Shown: one piece after another, positions 8,147-15,659 of the stretch
How positions within the stretch are numbered: the first letter of the stretch is position 1
Layout of the letters: the number at the start of each line of letters is the position of its first letter
Virus record (IMG/VR): IMGVR_UViG_3300027770_000029
DNA length: 64,000 nt
Origin: a virus
Direction: 5' to 3' (one strand)
Notes under the pieces: model-generated
Seen by the model: only the letters and a program-made list of their open reading frames with translations
Told to the model about the DNA's origin: nothing
Databases searched by the model: none
Program-made: the position numbers and the translations under genes

Positions 8147-8890
8147 ATGGAAATCACGATGGATCAAATCCGGGAGCTCCACGGTCAATATGTCGAGGCT
8201 GGGCTCGGTGAGACAAGCTCGGGACGATTCCTTCGAAGCATCACTGTCGAGGGTCGCATGCCTCGTGGGCGTGGTGAGAGCTGGCTTCGGGATCTCATCA
8301 CGAAGGGTAACCCGCAGAGTGTCTCCCCTCTCGTAGCTGAGATCGAGGACCTGATGCTTCGTTCCAAGCGTCAGGACACGATCCTGATCCTCTCCAACAT
8401 TCTAAACCGCGTGAAGTCCGGTTGGATGCTCACTGATCACAAGAAGTCTGAGCTTGAGCGCCTGAGGAAGCAGGTGAATGATGCTCTTCCCGACCTCGAG
8501 CTCACTTCGCGTCAGGTGGAGCTGCTCTTCGGTCTTGGGGTTCGAAAGCATCGCTCCTCCTACAACTACTGGGCAAGTCGTCCCGTCATTTCAGGACGAC
8601 TCGACGATATCTTCAGGCGTTGGGGGTCAGATCTGAAGATCTCCCCGGATGACTGGCAGTTCGTTCGCGATAACTTCAAGAGCGTTGTCGAGGAGTTTGA
8701 GGGAGAGCGGCACCCTGTCGGCGCTCTGCGCTGGTCTCGTGGTTCCCTAACAGCCTACACGATCATGGGACTGCCACAGTTCAATGAATACGGGGTCGTT
8801 GTGATCGAGACTCTTCAGGCTGGGCGAGGAGTTGTCGCTGTACCAGCAGCGGGTCTCCTGATTCGTCCGCCCAAGCTTGTGCAACGGTAG
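8147..8890 (+). CDS. Hypothetical protein
   Basis: Promoter and AAGGAGG RBS; 247 aa. Confidence 0.85.
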   Translation: MEITMDQIRELHGQYVEAGLGETSSGRFLRSITVEGRMPRGRGESWLRDLITKGNPQSVSPLVAEIEDLMLRSKRQDTILILSNILNRVKSGWMLTDHKKSELERLRKQVNDALPDLELTSRQVELLFGLGVRKHRSSYNYWASRPVISGRLDDIFRRWGSDLKISPDDWQFVRDNFKSVVEEFEGERHPVGALRWSRGSLTAYTIMGLPQFNEYGVVVIETLQAGRGVVAVPAAGLLIRPPKLVQR

Positions 8891-8907
8891 ACGGGACCTG
8901 GTATACT
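8879..8907 (+). promoter_or_regulatory. Early-type promoter GTGCAA-N17-TATACT
   Basis: Exact array consensus. Confidence 0.8.
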
Positions 8908-8927
8908 AGTAACATAAGGAGTGAATC

Positions 8928-9017
8928 ATGGCAAGTCTCTGGCGTAACTTCTGGCTCTTCACCTTCGTCCTCGCGATCTTCGGTCTCATCATGACCGCCC
9001 TTCGGGGTCGGAAGTGA
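8928..9017 (+). CDS. 29-aa single-pass membrane peptide (MASLWRNFWLFTFVLAIFGLIMTALRGRK)
   Basis: Directly after promoter and AAGGAG; hydrophobic core with basic tail. Confidence 0.55.
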   Translation: MASLWRNFWLFTFVLAIFGLIMTALRGRK

Positions 9018-9019
9018 TC

Positions 9020-9823
9020 ATGCGATTCAAAACCTTCTCCCTCGAGGAAGCACTCACGCCCGGAGCGCGAGCTGACCTCAATCATATTCTCGCGGATGTC
9101 CCCTGCGTCGGAACTGCCCTGGACATGGGTGGGTGGATTTGTGGCGGGTTCGCTCGGCACCTGCTTCTCGATCGTGCGAGTCGCACATACTTCAGGTCCA
9201 TCTCTGGTGAGACTCCGCTCGGTGACATCGATCTGTTCTTCAACTCTCACGCGGACGTTCTCGCTGCAACGCCCAAAGGGGTCCGAAAAAGTCTCGCGGG
9301 ATTCGCGAAGGAGCTCAACGACCTTGTGAAGGTCCAGTTCGTTGATGACCCAGATCTCATCAAGCCGACGATCAGGGAGACACTCTCAAGCTTCGACATC
9401 GTGAACTGCCAGGTTGCGATCAACAATCGATGCGTTGTCATGCCCGAAGGATGGCGAGAGCTCGAGGCGAGTAAGCTTCTTCAGATCGCACGAAACGACA
9501 CACCCTTCCTCGGAAGCCGCCTCCTGAAGTACCTGAACCATCGCGGCCTCGAGGGTCTCACGGATGACTCCTACGAGGCTCTCACGGGCTGGCTCGCTCA
9601 CGCCGCGAATGACTTCAAGGAGGGTGGATGGAACGATCAACACATCAACGGCGTGAAGGGACACGTCAAGAAGCTTCGTGAGCGTGGTCTCGTCCGTCGT
9701 GAGGATCTCATCTTCTTCATCAACAAGTGGAAGGAGATTGTCCTCGAGGGTCGGTACGGGTCCTCCCACGCGTACGAGGTCGATTGGGCGCTGAATGAGC
9801 TCTCAACCGAATCTAGCCCTTAA
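9020..9823 (+). CDS. Nucleotidyltransferase-fold protein (polyA polymerase/CCA-enzyme head-like)
   Basis: GGFAR...GDIDLFF signature; FDIVNC motif. Confidence 0.6.
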   Translation: MRFKTFSLEEALTPGARADLNHILADVPCVGTALDMGGWICGGFARHLLLDRASRTYFRSISGETPLGDIDLFFNSHADVLAATPKGVRKSLAGFAKELNDLVKVQFVDDPDLIKPTIRETLSSFDIVNCQVAINNRCVVMPEGWRELEASKLLQIARNDTPFLGSRLLKYLNHRGLEGLTDDSYEALTGWLAHAANDFKEGGWNDQHINGVKGHVKKLRERGLVRREDLIFFINKWKEIVLEGRYGSSHAYEVDWALNELSTESSP

Positions 9824-10514
9824 TGATCTCAGAGACAATCTCACGAATTAATTTCTCCGAAAGAGGTCCGAACTTAACGTCGAATCTGACGCTGTTAACG
9901 TTCACTCCGCTTCTAAGGCTCATGTGATTTCTCTCATCAGCCTGTGACCTGCTGACCCCAGTAGCTTTGTTGAAGATGGTTCGTGCTAGATCACTTTTGA
10001 TTAGATCGATCTCTTGCTCGATCGCTGTGATCGCCGCGTCTCTTGTCATTGTGGACGTGTTTATTGATTTTGCTGGGGTGAAACCCATAGACTGCTGTTT
10101 GTTCGCTAAATTATACAGCTCGTCGTAAAGAAAATCAGAACGTATTGTCCAAATCTTGTATTCCTTTTTCTTTTTAAGATCTAATGATCCCTCAGTGAAA
10201 AAGTACCATTTGTCAGTTACCCTTCGGACTCCGACAGAGTCGTTCGGAAATTGTCTGTGCTCGGTGCTTGAGTGCTTGATCTCGATCTCAACATTTCGGA
10301 ATACGGCATCTGGATGCGTCTCTTGTCTTCTGTCACCCAGAGCATCGCGAATAGCTCCCTCCATGACGTGGTCGACCCACGGCGTCAAATGAACTTTGAG
10401 AACTACTTTGTGGTTCGCTACATTCATTTGACCCTGCATCTCTGCGTAGAGAGGATCAGAGCTTGATTTTTGATCCGCGTCGTTTAGAGCTTGTCTAAAA
10501 TCATTCTTGTACAC
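9813..10514 (-). CDS. Hypothetical protein, possible PD-(D/E)XK fold; C-terminal EKLIREIVSE motif
   Basis: HPDAVF...EIEIK; motif at C-terminus. Confidence 0.7.
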   Translation of the reverse strand: MYKNDFRQALNDADQKSSSDPLYAEMQGQMNVANHKVVLKVHLTPWVDHVMEGAIRDALGDRRQETHPDAVFRNVEIEIKHSSTEHRQFPNDSVGVRRVTDKWYFFTEGSLDLKKKKEYKIWTIRSDFLYDELYNLANKQQSMGFTPAKSINTSTMTRDAAITAIEQEIDLIKSDLARTIFNKATGVSRSQADERNHMSLRSGVNVNSVRFDVKFGPLSEKLIREIVSEIIKG

Positions 10515-10527
10515 GGGTCAGCCTCGC

Positions 10528-10902
10528 TCAATAATCACGATCGCGATCACGATCACGCATGAATGACTTGAATCGATCAAGCTCGCTCCTCTCGCGATCG
10601 GTCGCCGCCCCACCGAAGGGCTTTTCATCCTGCTCGTCTGGGTCGCCCGCAGCTTTATCGTGAAGCTCTTCAACGTGATCAAGAAGTCCAGCGAGAGTGA
10701 CGACTGCATCATCATCCATCTCGGACCCTTCGTCATTGATCATATCTTCGATCATGCTCTTGATCTTTCCAAGCGCTCTCTGAAGATCCGACTGCTCGCG
10801 AGGTTTCGGGCCGCCGCCGAACTGGGTGTGAATGACCTCGCCCTCCGAGATTCGAGCGAGCTCCTCGCGAATAATCCTCTTGATGTTGATTGACACACGC
10901 AC
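10528..10902 (-). CDS. Acidic protein with N-terminal INIKRIIREE motif
   Basis: GTG start at 10902 after AAGAGG and ATATTTA. Confidence 0.8.
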   Translation of the reverse strand: MRVSINIKRIIREELARISEGEVIHTQFGGGPKPREQSDLQRALGKIKSMIEDMINDEGSEMDDDAVVTLAGLLDHVEELHDKAAGDPDEQDEKPFGGAATDRERSELDRFKSFMRDRDRDRDY

Positions 10903-10960
10903 CTCTTGAGATCTAAATATTCGGCTCACGTGTTAAACTTCACGGTGATCCCTTAAAGTT

Positions 10961-11917
10961 GTGAAAGCTTTAGGAGAGATCGTGGCTTTATTCAGATCTG
11001 CTTCGGCGATCTACCGTGAAATTGAATCTTCGCAGGGTCTTTTCAAGTACAACAAAATCAGGTTAACGCTCCGAGATCCCAAGGCCAAGCCTTTTTCGGG
11101 CATGAGCGATGATGAGATCAAGCACTTTCTGTCATCGATGATTGAACGTGTTGGACTGGTCGTTCATCAGATTCTCGTTCCTGGTTCTCCCGGCTCGAGA
11201 TCGAGTAAATTCCCGACTTTCGTAGTCGGTGAACCTCGAAGCTCACGCAAGTTCACGATAGTGTTCGGATACGCCCATTCTGCCGCTGAGGAGATTCAGG
11301 TAACCGAGCTTTCACGAGCGTTGCAACGAATCATTGACGAAAACGGTTTCGCCAAAGTGTGGAACGGTCGAGGATTTGTCATCGTCAACGGAATCATACG
11401 AAAGGGCGGAAGCCGAGTGAAAGCTGACGCGATTATGCACCTTGACGGCAATCCACAAATTTCGATCTCACTCAAGAACCTGGCGACCGGAAAGGCGAGC
11501 GAGATGCAGGGATGGTCAGGAGTTGTGGGTGTGCGCGGAGATCGACAAATCGTTGATTTTGCCGATTCTACGCACATGTCTGGATCATCGAGAACTTGGC
11601 GCCGTCTAAGCGATGATTCTTTGAAGCAAAATGCGTGCTGGGGATCCGGCTCCGACCGGGTCGACGTCATCGTGGCTGGGTCGCGACTTGATCTTGTTCC
11701 AGACGGAGAGGGCTACAGGATCAGCGCGGCGCGACTCGGTGGAATCTGGTATGAATGCGATGGGAAAATTCCTGACGGCGATTTTGAGCCCGTTCTCTTC
11801 TGCCGTCCGAGCGGGGATCATTCGATCATAACAAGCTCAGGGATTGTTCAGGGGACGAGGATGATGATCGCTCCTGTCGCTCATGCAAGGGCGAGCAGTC
11901 GATCGATCGAGATCTAG
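10961..11917 (+). CDS. Putative restriction-endonuclease-like (PD-(D/E)XK) protein
   Basis: KADAIM...ISISLK motif. Confidence 0.55.
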   Translation: MKALGEIVALFRSASAIYREIESSQGLFKYNKIRLTLRDPKAKPFSGMSDDEIKHFLSSMIERVGLVVHQILVPGSPGSRSSKFPTFVVGEPRSSRKFTIVFGYAHSAAEEIQVTELSRALQRIIDENGFAKVWNGRGFVIVNGIIRKGGSRVKADAIMHLDGNPQISISLKNLATGKASEMQGWSGVVGVRGDRQIVDFADSTHMSGSSRTWRRLSDDSLKQNACWGSGSDRVDVIVAGSRLDLVPDGEGYRISAARLGGIWYECDGKIPDGDFEPVLFCRPSGDHSIITSSGIVQGTRMMIAPVAHARASSRSIEI

Positions 11918-11933
11918 AAAAATTGCAAAACTT

Positions 11934-11962
11934 GTGCAAACGTGACGCGAGTGTGGTATATT
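11934..11962 (+). promoter_or_regulatory. Early-type promoter GTGCAA-N17-TATATT
   Basis: Exact array consensus. Confidence 0.8.
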
Positions 11963-11985
11963 ATGTTCATAAGGAAAAGATTGGC

Positions 11986-12198
11986 ATGCTTACCACGGAT
12001 CAAGTCTCTGCTCGGCAGTCCACCATCGGACATTACGGATTTCACTATCCTGATTTTAGCGTTGCGGAGGTTGAGATCCCAACGGGCACTCGTCTTGAAG
12101 CCTTCAGCTGGTCTCCCCAGCTCGGTCATCAAGCTTTCAAGTGGGAGAGAGATTCTGGATCGATCGTCATTTGGATCGAATCTGAAAAGCTTAAGTAA
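11986..12198 (+). CDS. Small hypothetical protein (MLTTDQVSAR...)
   Basis: ATG at 11986 after promoter and AAGGA. Confidence 0.7.
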   Translation: MLTTDQVSARQSTIGHYGFHYPDFSVAEVEIPTGTRLEAFSWSPQLGHQAFKWERDSGSIVIWIESEKLK

Positions 12199-12266
12199 TC
12201 TCCTTCGGACCATGGTGAAACAGGATATCGCAGAACTTGAATACTTAGTCAAGGTAAGGAGTTCAA

Positions 12267-13022
12267 GTGATTTGTGAGAACTGTTCAGCAGAACACTCGG
12301 GAAGCTATGGGAGTGGAAGATTTTGCAATTCCAAGTGTGCAAGAGGTTATTCTACAAAGACAAAGCGAGCTGAGATCAGCAAGAAAGTCTCAGCATCCAT
12401 TAGACGTGCCCATGGAACGGACTTGCTGACATGTCCGTCCTGTCAGTCCCAGTTCTCATGGGATCATTTTGCGACTGCAGCTGAAAAACTTGGCACAAAG
12501 GAAACTAAGTTTTGCAGCAAGACTTGCAAACGAGCAGCGAAAGATTCTCAAAATTGTTCTCCTGTTTTTCGACAGAAAATGTCAGATGCCGCGGTCAGGA
12601 GACTAGAGATGGGAGACGTTTGGTTTGGGAAGCAGAATCACATTGAAGCTTTCGGAAAGTCGATAAGGTGTGACTCTCTTCTTGAGAGAAGCTTTGTTCT
12701 AATGATGTCAAGAAACTCACTCATCAAAGATGTAAGAAGATCTGGCGTTTGGATTCCCTACGCGGATGACGAAATCAAGCGACAATACAATCCTGACTTT
12801 GTTGTTGAGTTTTCTGACGGGACTCTTGCAGTCGCTGAAGTCAAATCTGAAAGAATAGGAAAACGCGACGTCTGGGAAGATTACAGAAAGAAGTCAGAGA
12901 TCAAGCGCAGACTCCTTGAGGATTACGCAGCTTCCAACGACATGAAATTGATCTGGTACACTCAGAAAACTTCTCCACAAACTTATAAAGAAGTTTGTAA
13001 ATGCATTTCACCTGTAGTATAG
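12267..13022 (+). mobile_element. Free-standing endonuclease: Zn-ribbon N-terminus plus TnsA-N-like PD-(D/E)XK domain
   Basis: CENC...GSGRFCNSKC; YNPDFVV...AEVKSE; AAGGAG RBS inside a hairpin. Confidence 0.75.
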
Positions 13023-13061
13023 TATCAATGTGGTTGGAACAAACCAAGCACTCTTCGGAAC

Positions 13062-13138
13062 GTCCTCATACCGGCTTCGTTTCCTAAACGAAGTACCGTA
13101 ACTGGATTATGCTGGTTCGAGTCCAGCTGAGGACGCCA
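13062..13138 (+). tRNA. Atypical tRNA-Arg(CCT)-like RNA with no canonical D arm
   Basis: Acceptor GTCCTCA/TGAGGAC, G73, CCA; T arm GCTGG-TTCGAGT-CCAGC; stem CTTCGT/ACGAAG with loop TTCCTAA. Confidence 0.6.
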
Positions 13139-13142
13139 CTTT

Positions 13143-13237
13143 GAACATGGACGGCGGGTGTACAGTATCCCATGCAAATGGGGAGCACAGCTGGACCGGG
13201 ACTGATGACGCTGTACGGGCTCCGGGTCTCCATGTTC
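13143..13237 (+). ncRNA. Unidentified structured RNA
   Basis: Closing stem GAACATGGA/TCCATGTTC, inner GTACAG/CTGTAC, hairpin CCCAT-GCAA-ATGGG; lies between tRNAs. Confidence 0.5.
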
Positions 13238-13247
13238 TTTCTTCAAT

Positions 13248-13321
13248 GCTTCGCTGGCCTAGCGGTCGGGCAACTGCCTTCCAAGCAGTCTAGACCAGTT
13301 CAACTCTGGTGCGAAGCTCCA
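13248..13321 (+). tRNA. tRNA-Gly(TCC)
   Basis: Full cloverleaf, loop CTTCCAA, encoded CCA. Confidence 0.9.
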
Positions 13322-13337
13322 CTTCAAAACTCAATAT

Positions 13338-13609
13338 GCCCGATTAGCTCAGTTGGTTAGAGCAACGGACTGTCAAATGGCAGCTTTGGTGGGTAACCAC
13401 CATCGAAAAGATCGTAAATTCGGTGAACTCCCTGTCGAAAGACGAGACAACGCCGAGCCAAGCCCGAAAGGGAAGGTGTAGAGACTGTAATCGATCCATC
13501 CCACCGGGATGATGGCACAGTCCAGACCACGAACGGTGAGAACCGGCGATGAAAATCGAAGTGGCACGTAATCCGTGGGTCCCCTGTTCAAGTCAGGGAT
13601 CGGGCGCCA
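13338..13609 (+). tRNA. tRNA-Asn(GTT) split by a group I intron (exons 13338-13373 and 13569-13609)
   Basis: Joining exons gives ACGGA-CTGTTAA-TCCGT, G73, CCA. Confidence 0.9.
13374..13568 (+). mobile_element. ORF-less group I intron (195 nt) at anticodon position 35/36
   Basis: P AAATTCGGTGAA, Q AACGCCGAGC, R GTGTAGAGACT, S GCACAGTCC; terminal G; 5' exon ends in U. Confidence 0.88.
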
Positions 13610-13615
13610 TATCAA

Positions 13616-13707
13616 TGAGACCGAGCCTGGCGGGCACACCCGACGGGGTGCAGGTTGGTTCAATTCCAACGGGGTCAAACGTGGTTCGAATCCACGCGGT
13701 CTCATCA
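13616..13707 (+). ncRNA. tRNA-like RNA with two T-arm-like hairpins
   Basis: Outer stem TGAGACCG/CGGTCTCA; GTTGG-TTCAATT-CCAAC and CGTGG-TTCGAAT-CCACG. Confidence 0.55.
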
Positions 13708-13709
13708 CT

Positions 13710-13823
13710 TTCCCACCCCAGACCGCCGGATAACCGGCACCACTCGCAACCAGTGGTATCTGCGTTAGCACGGTCAGAAAGTTTGAGGCTTCAGTCTCAT
13801 TCGCGCAGATTAAGGGGTGGGAA
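13710..13823 (+). ncRNA. Unidentified multibranch structured RNA
   Basis: 10-bp closing stem TTCCCACCCC/GGGGTGGGAA; hairpins GCCGG-ATAA-CCGGC and ACCACT..AGTGGT; ATCTGCG/CGCAGAT. Confidence 0.55.
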
Positions 13824-13847
13824 TTAACAAACAACAGCGGAGACAAA

Positions 13848-14153
13848 ATGATTTACGAAATCGTGATCGTTGCCGACACAAACGATGCTGACTACGTCAC
13901 AAAGATAAGTGACATTACTCCTGGCGAACTCGAACGATTTACACCTCTGATTGCAGAGATTGCAAAAGTCAAGCACTACAATTGGGACACTTCGGCGTAT
14001 GGAGATGATGAAGACAAGCCAGAGATCATGTATTCTCAGTTTGCCGAGCTGGTGGAGGAATTTGGGGAGTTTGTCCCGCACGGCGAACACGGTGTTCACA
14101 CCATCAAGTCTATTGTTTATTACGAAAAGCCCACAAAGATTGTTCTTCTTTAA
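13848..14153 (+). CDS. Hypothetical protein
   Basis: GGAGA RBS, 101 aa. Confidence 0.8.
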   Translation: MIYEIVIVADTNDADYVTKISDITPGELERFTPLIAEIAKVKHYNWDTSAYGDDEDKPEIMYSQFAELVEEFGEFVPHGEHGVHTIKSIVYYEKPTKIVLL

Positions 14154-14162
14154 ATAAAAACC

Positions 14163-14191
14163 ATGCAAACCGCCCGCGGGCATGTTATAAT
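14163..14191 (+). promoter_or_regulatory. Promoter ATGCAA-N17-TATAAT upstream of tRNA-Ile
   Basis: Extended TG, 17-nt spacer. Confidence 0.75.
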
Positions 14192-14258
14192 AAGAACATA
14201 AGCTGGATCGGATCGGACGCCACTAAGAATCTGCTCATTAGATGACCACTACCATTAT

Positions 14259-14334
14259 AGGCGGGTAGCTCAGCGGTCAGAGCAGGTGGCTTATATCCAC
14301 CCGGTCGTGGGTTCAATCCCCACCCCGCCTACCA
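14259..14334 (+). tRNA. tRNA-Ile(TAT)
   Basis: Cloverleaf, GGTGG-CTTATAT-CCACC, A73, CCA. Confidence 0.9.
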
Positions 14335-14342
14335 ATGCCAAT

Positions 14343-14443
14343 GATCGTAAGGCCTGATTCCATTAGATGGGTTCTCCTGAATTAACAGGGCAATACTATG
14401 ATCCAGCTAATGGAATCCGATCTGACACTCTGGAAAGACAGAG
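14343..14443 (+). ncRNA. Unidentified structured RNA
   Basis: GATCG/CGATC, 11-bp GATTCCATTAG/CTAATGGAATC, CCTG-AATTAA-CAGG, then CTCTG-GAAAGA-CAGAG. Confidence 0.45.
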
Positions 14444-14451
14444 AACTTCTT

Positions 14452-14528
14452 CTCACCATAGCTCAGCTGGATAGAGCAGCAGCCTTCTAAGCTGCGGGTC
14501 ATTGGTTCGAATCCAATTGGTGAGGCCA
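14452..14528 (+). tRNA. tRNA-Arg(TCT)
   Basis: Full cloverleaf, CCA. Confidence 0.93.
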
Positions 14529-14625
14529 TTTCGTTGAAGGTTTACGATGAAACTTCTATCAGTAATTTACCAGCTTGTGAGAGCGATTCACCGCGCTCTG
14601 AGGTGCTTCGGAAAGTCAAAGTAGA

Positions 14626-14646
14626 GGGGGCGTAGCTCAGCTGGGA
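14626..14646 (+). pseudogene. 5' fragment of a canonical tRNA-Ala
   Basis: GGGGGCGTAGCTCAGCTGGGA stops abruptly at the end of the D loop, followed by the AT-rich HNH leader. Confidence 0.7.
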
Positions 14647-14697
14647 AAACTTCAAATTTGATTGCAATTTATTTGCTCTCCCAGAATAATTAGGTTT

Positions 14698-15273
14698 ATG
14701 TGGACATGCAAACATTGCAAGAATAATTTTGAGTTTGATTCTTTGTCTGATAAAGCTAATCACTCTAGATGGTGCGAAAAAAATCCAAAAAAAGAAAACA
14801 CTGAGAGCTTAAAACTCGCGCAGTCACTTTCAGTAGAAAAAAGACTTGGGCCGATTCAAGAATTTGAAGTCTTTTGCGAGACTTGCTCCAAACTCTTTAT
14901 GATTAAAGAGAGAGCAAAGAAATTTCCGTCTAAAGAAAAATACTTTTGCTCAAGAAGCTGCGCAAATTCTTTAGGCGGAAAAGCAAAATCAGAAAAATAC
15001 AGGATCAATGAACCGAAGCATTACGTAGCTATTGCGTGGAAATACCATGATAAAGTTTGCTGCGTTTGCGACGAAAATAAGATTGTAGCTGTTCATCATT
15101 GTGATGAGAATCACGACAATAATGATCCAAAAAATCTAGTTCCTCTTTGTCCAACTCATCATCAGTACATGCATAGCAGATACAAAATCGAAATACAAGA
15201 TAAAGTTCAGAAATACATCAATGATAAATGGGCTGTAAGTGTTGTCGGGGGCACACGGGCTTTGCAAGCCTGA
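14698..15273 (+). mobile_element. HNH homing endonuclease (free-standing)
   Basis: Zn ribbons; CCVC...VHH...NHDNN...LVPLCPTHH; AT-rich. Confidence 0.85.
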
Positions 15274-15304
15274 AGGACCGGTTCGATTCCGGTACGGTCC
15301 ACCA
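15230..15304 (+). tRNA. tRNA-Ala(TGC), divergent, overlapping the HNH 3' end
   Basis: GGGCTGT/ACGGTCC with G3:U70, loop TTTGCAA, CCA. Confidence 0.88.
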
Positions 15305-15342
15305 TTCAACAATCGCACGAGAGTGCACAATCAAGGAGAAAA

Positions 15343-15651
15343 ATGCGTAACTTCACGATCTCTGCTTTTGCAGTCGCAGCTCTGGCCCTTGCTGGCTGCC
15401 ATCATGACGATGACAAGGACGACGACACTGTTACCTGCCCTCAGGATACTGCTGGTCAGGACACTGCCGTGACCGATCCGGTTGACACCGCGGACACCAG
15501 CGGTGGCGATACTGCCGATACTTCGACTCCGCAGGATACGGCGTCCCAGGATACCGGGGCTGACACTGGTGCTGGTAGCGACACCGGCGCAACTGATACT
15601 GGCGCTTCCAGCGACACTGGTTCCGGCGGCACCGACACCTCGGCTCCCTAA
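15343..15651 (+). CDS. Lipoprotein with Asp/Thr/Gly-rich low-complexity tail
   Basis: Signal peptide with LAGC lipobox; DTG/DTA repeats. Confidence 0.85.
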   Translation: MRNFTISAFAVAALALAGCHHDDDKDDDTVTCPQDTAGQDTAVTDPVDTADTSGGDTADTSTPQDTASQDTGADTGAGSDTGATDTGASSDTGSGGTDTSAP

Positions 15652-15659
15652 CAGATTTT

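Noticed and set aside
12206-12238. CGGACCATGGTGAAACAGGATATCGCAGAACTT resembles a tRNA 5' half before the endonuclease
   Set aside because: No matching 3' half found after the ORF; may be a relic like the tRNA-Ala fragment, but too weak to call
13338-13377. Apparent tRNA-Asp(GTC) anticodon loop CTGTCAA
   Set aside because: The stem cannot close locally; group I splice rules (5' exon U, terminal G) give GTT, i.e. Asn
13549-13827. 92-aa ORF across the intron end and structured RNAs
   Set aside because: Overlaps tRNA exon 2 and strong RNA stems; no RBS
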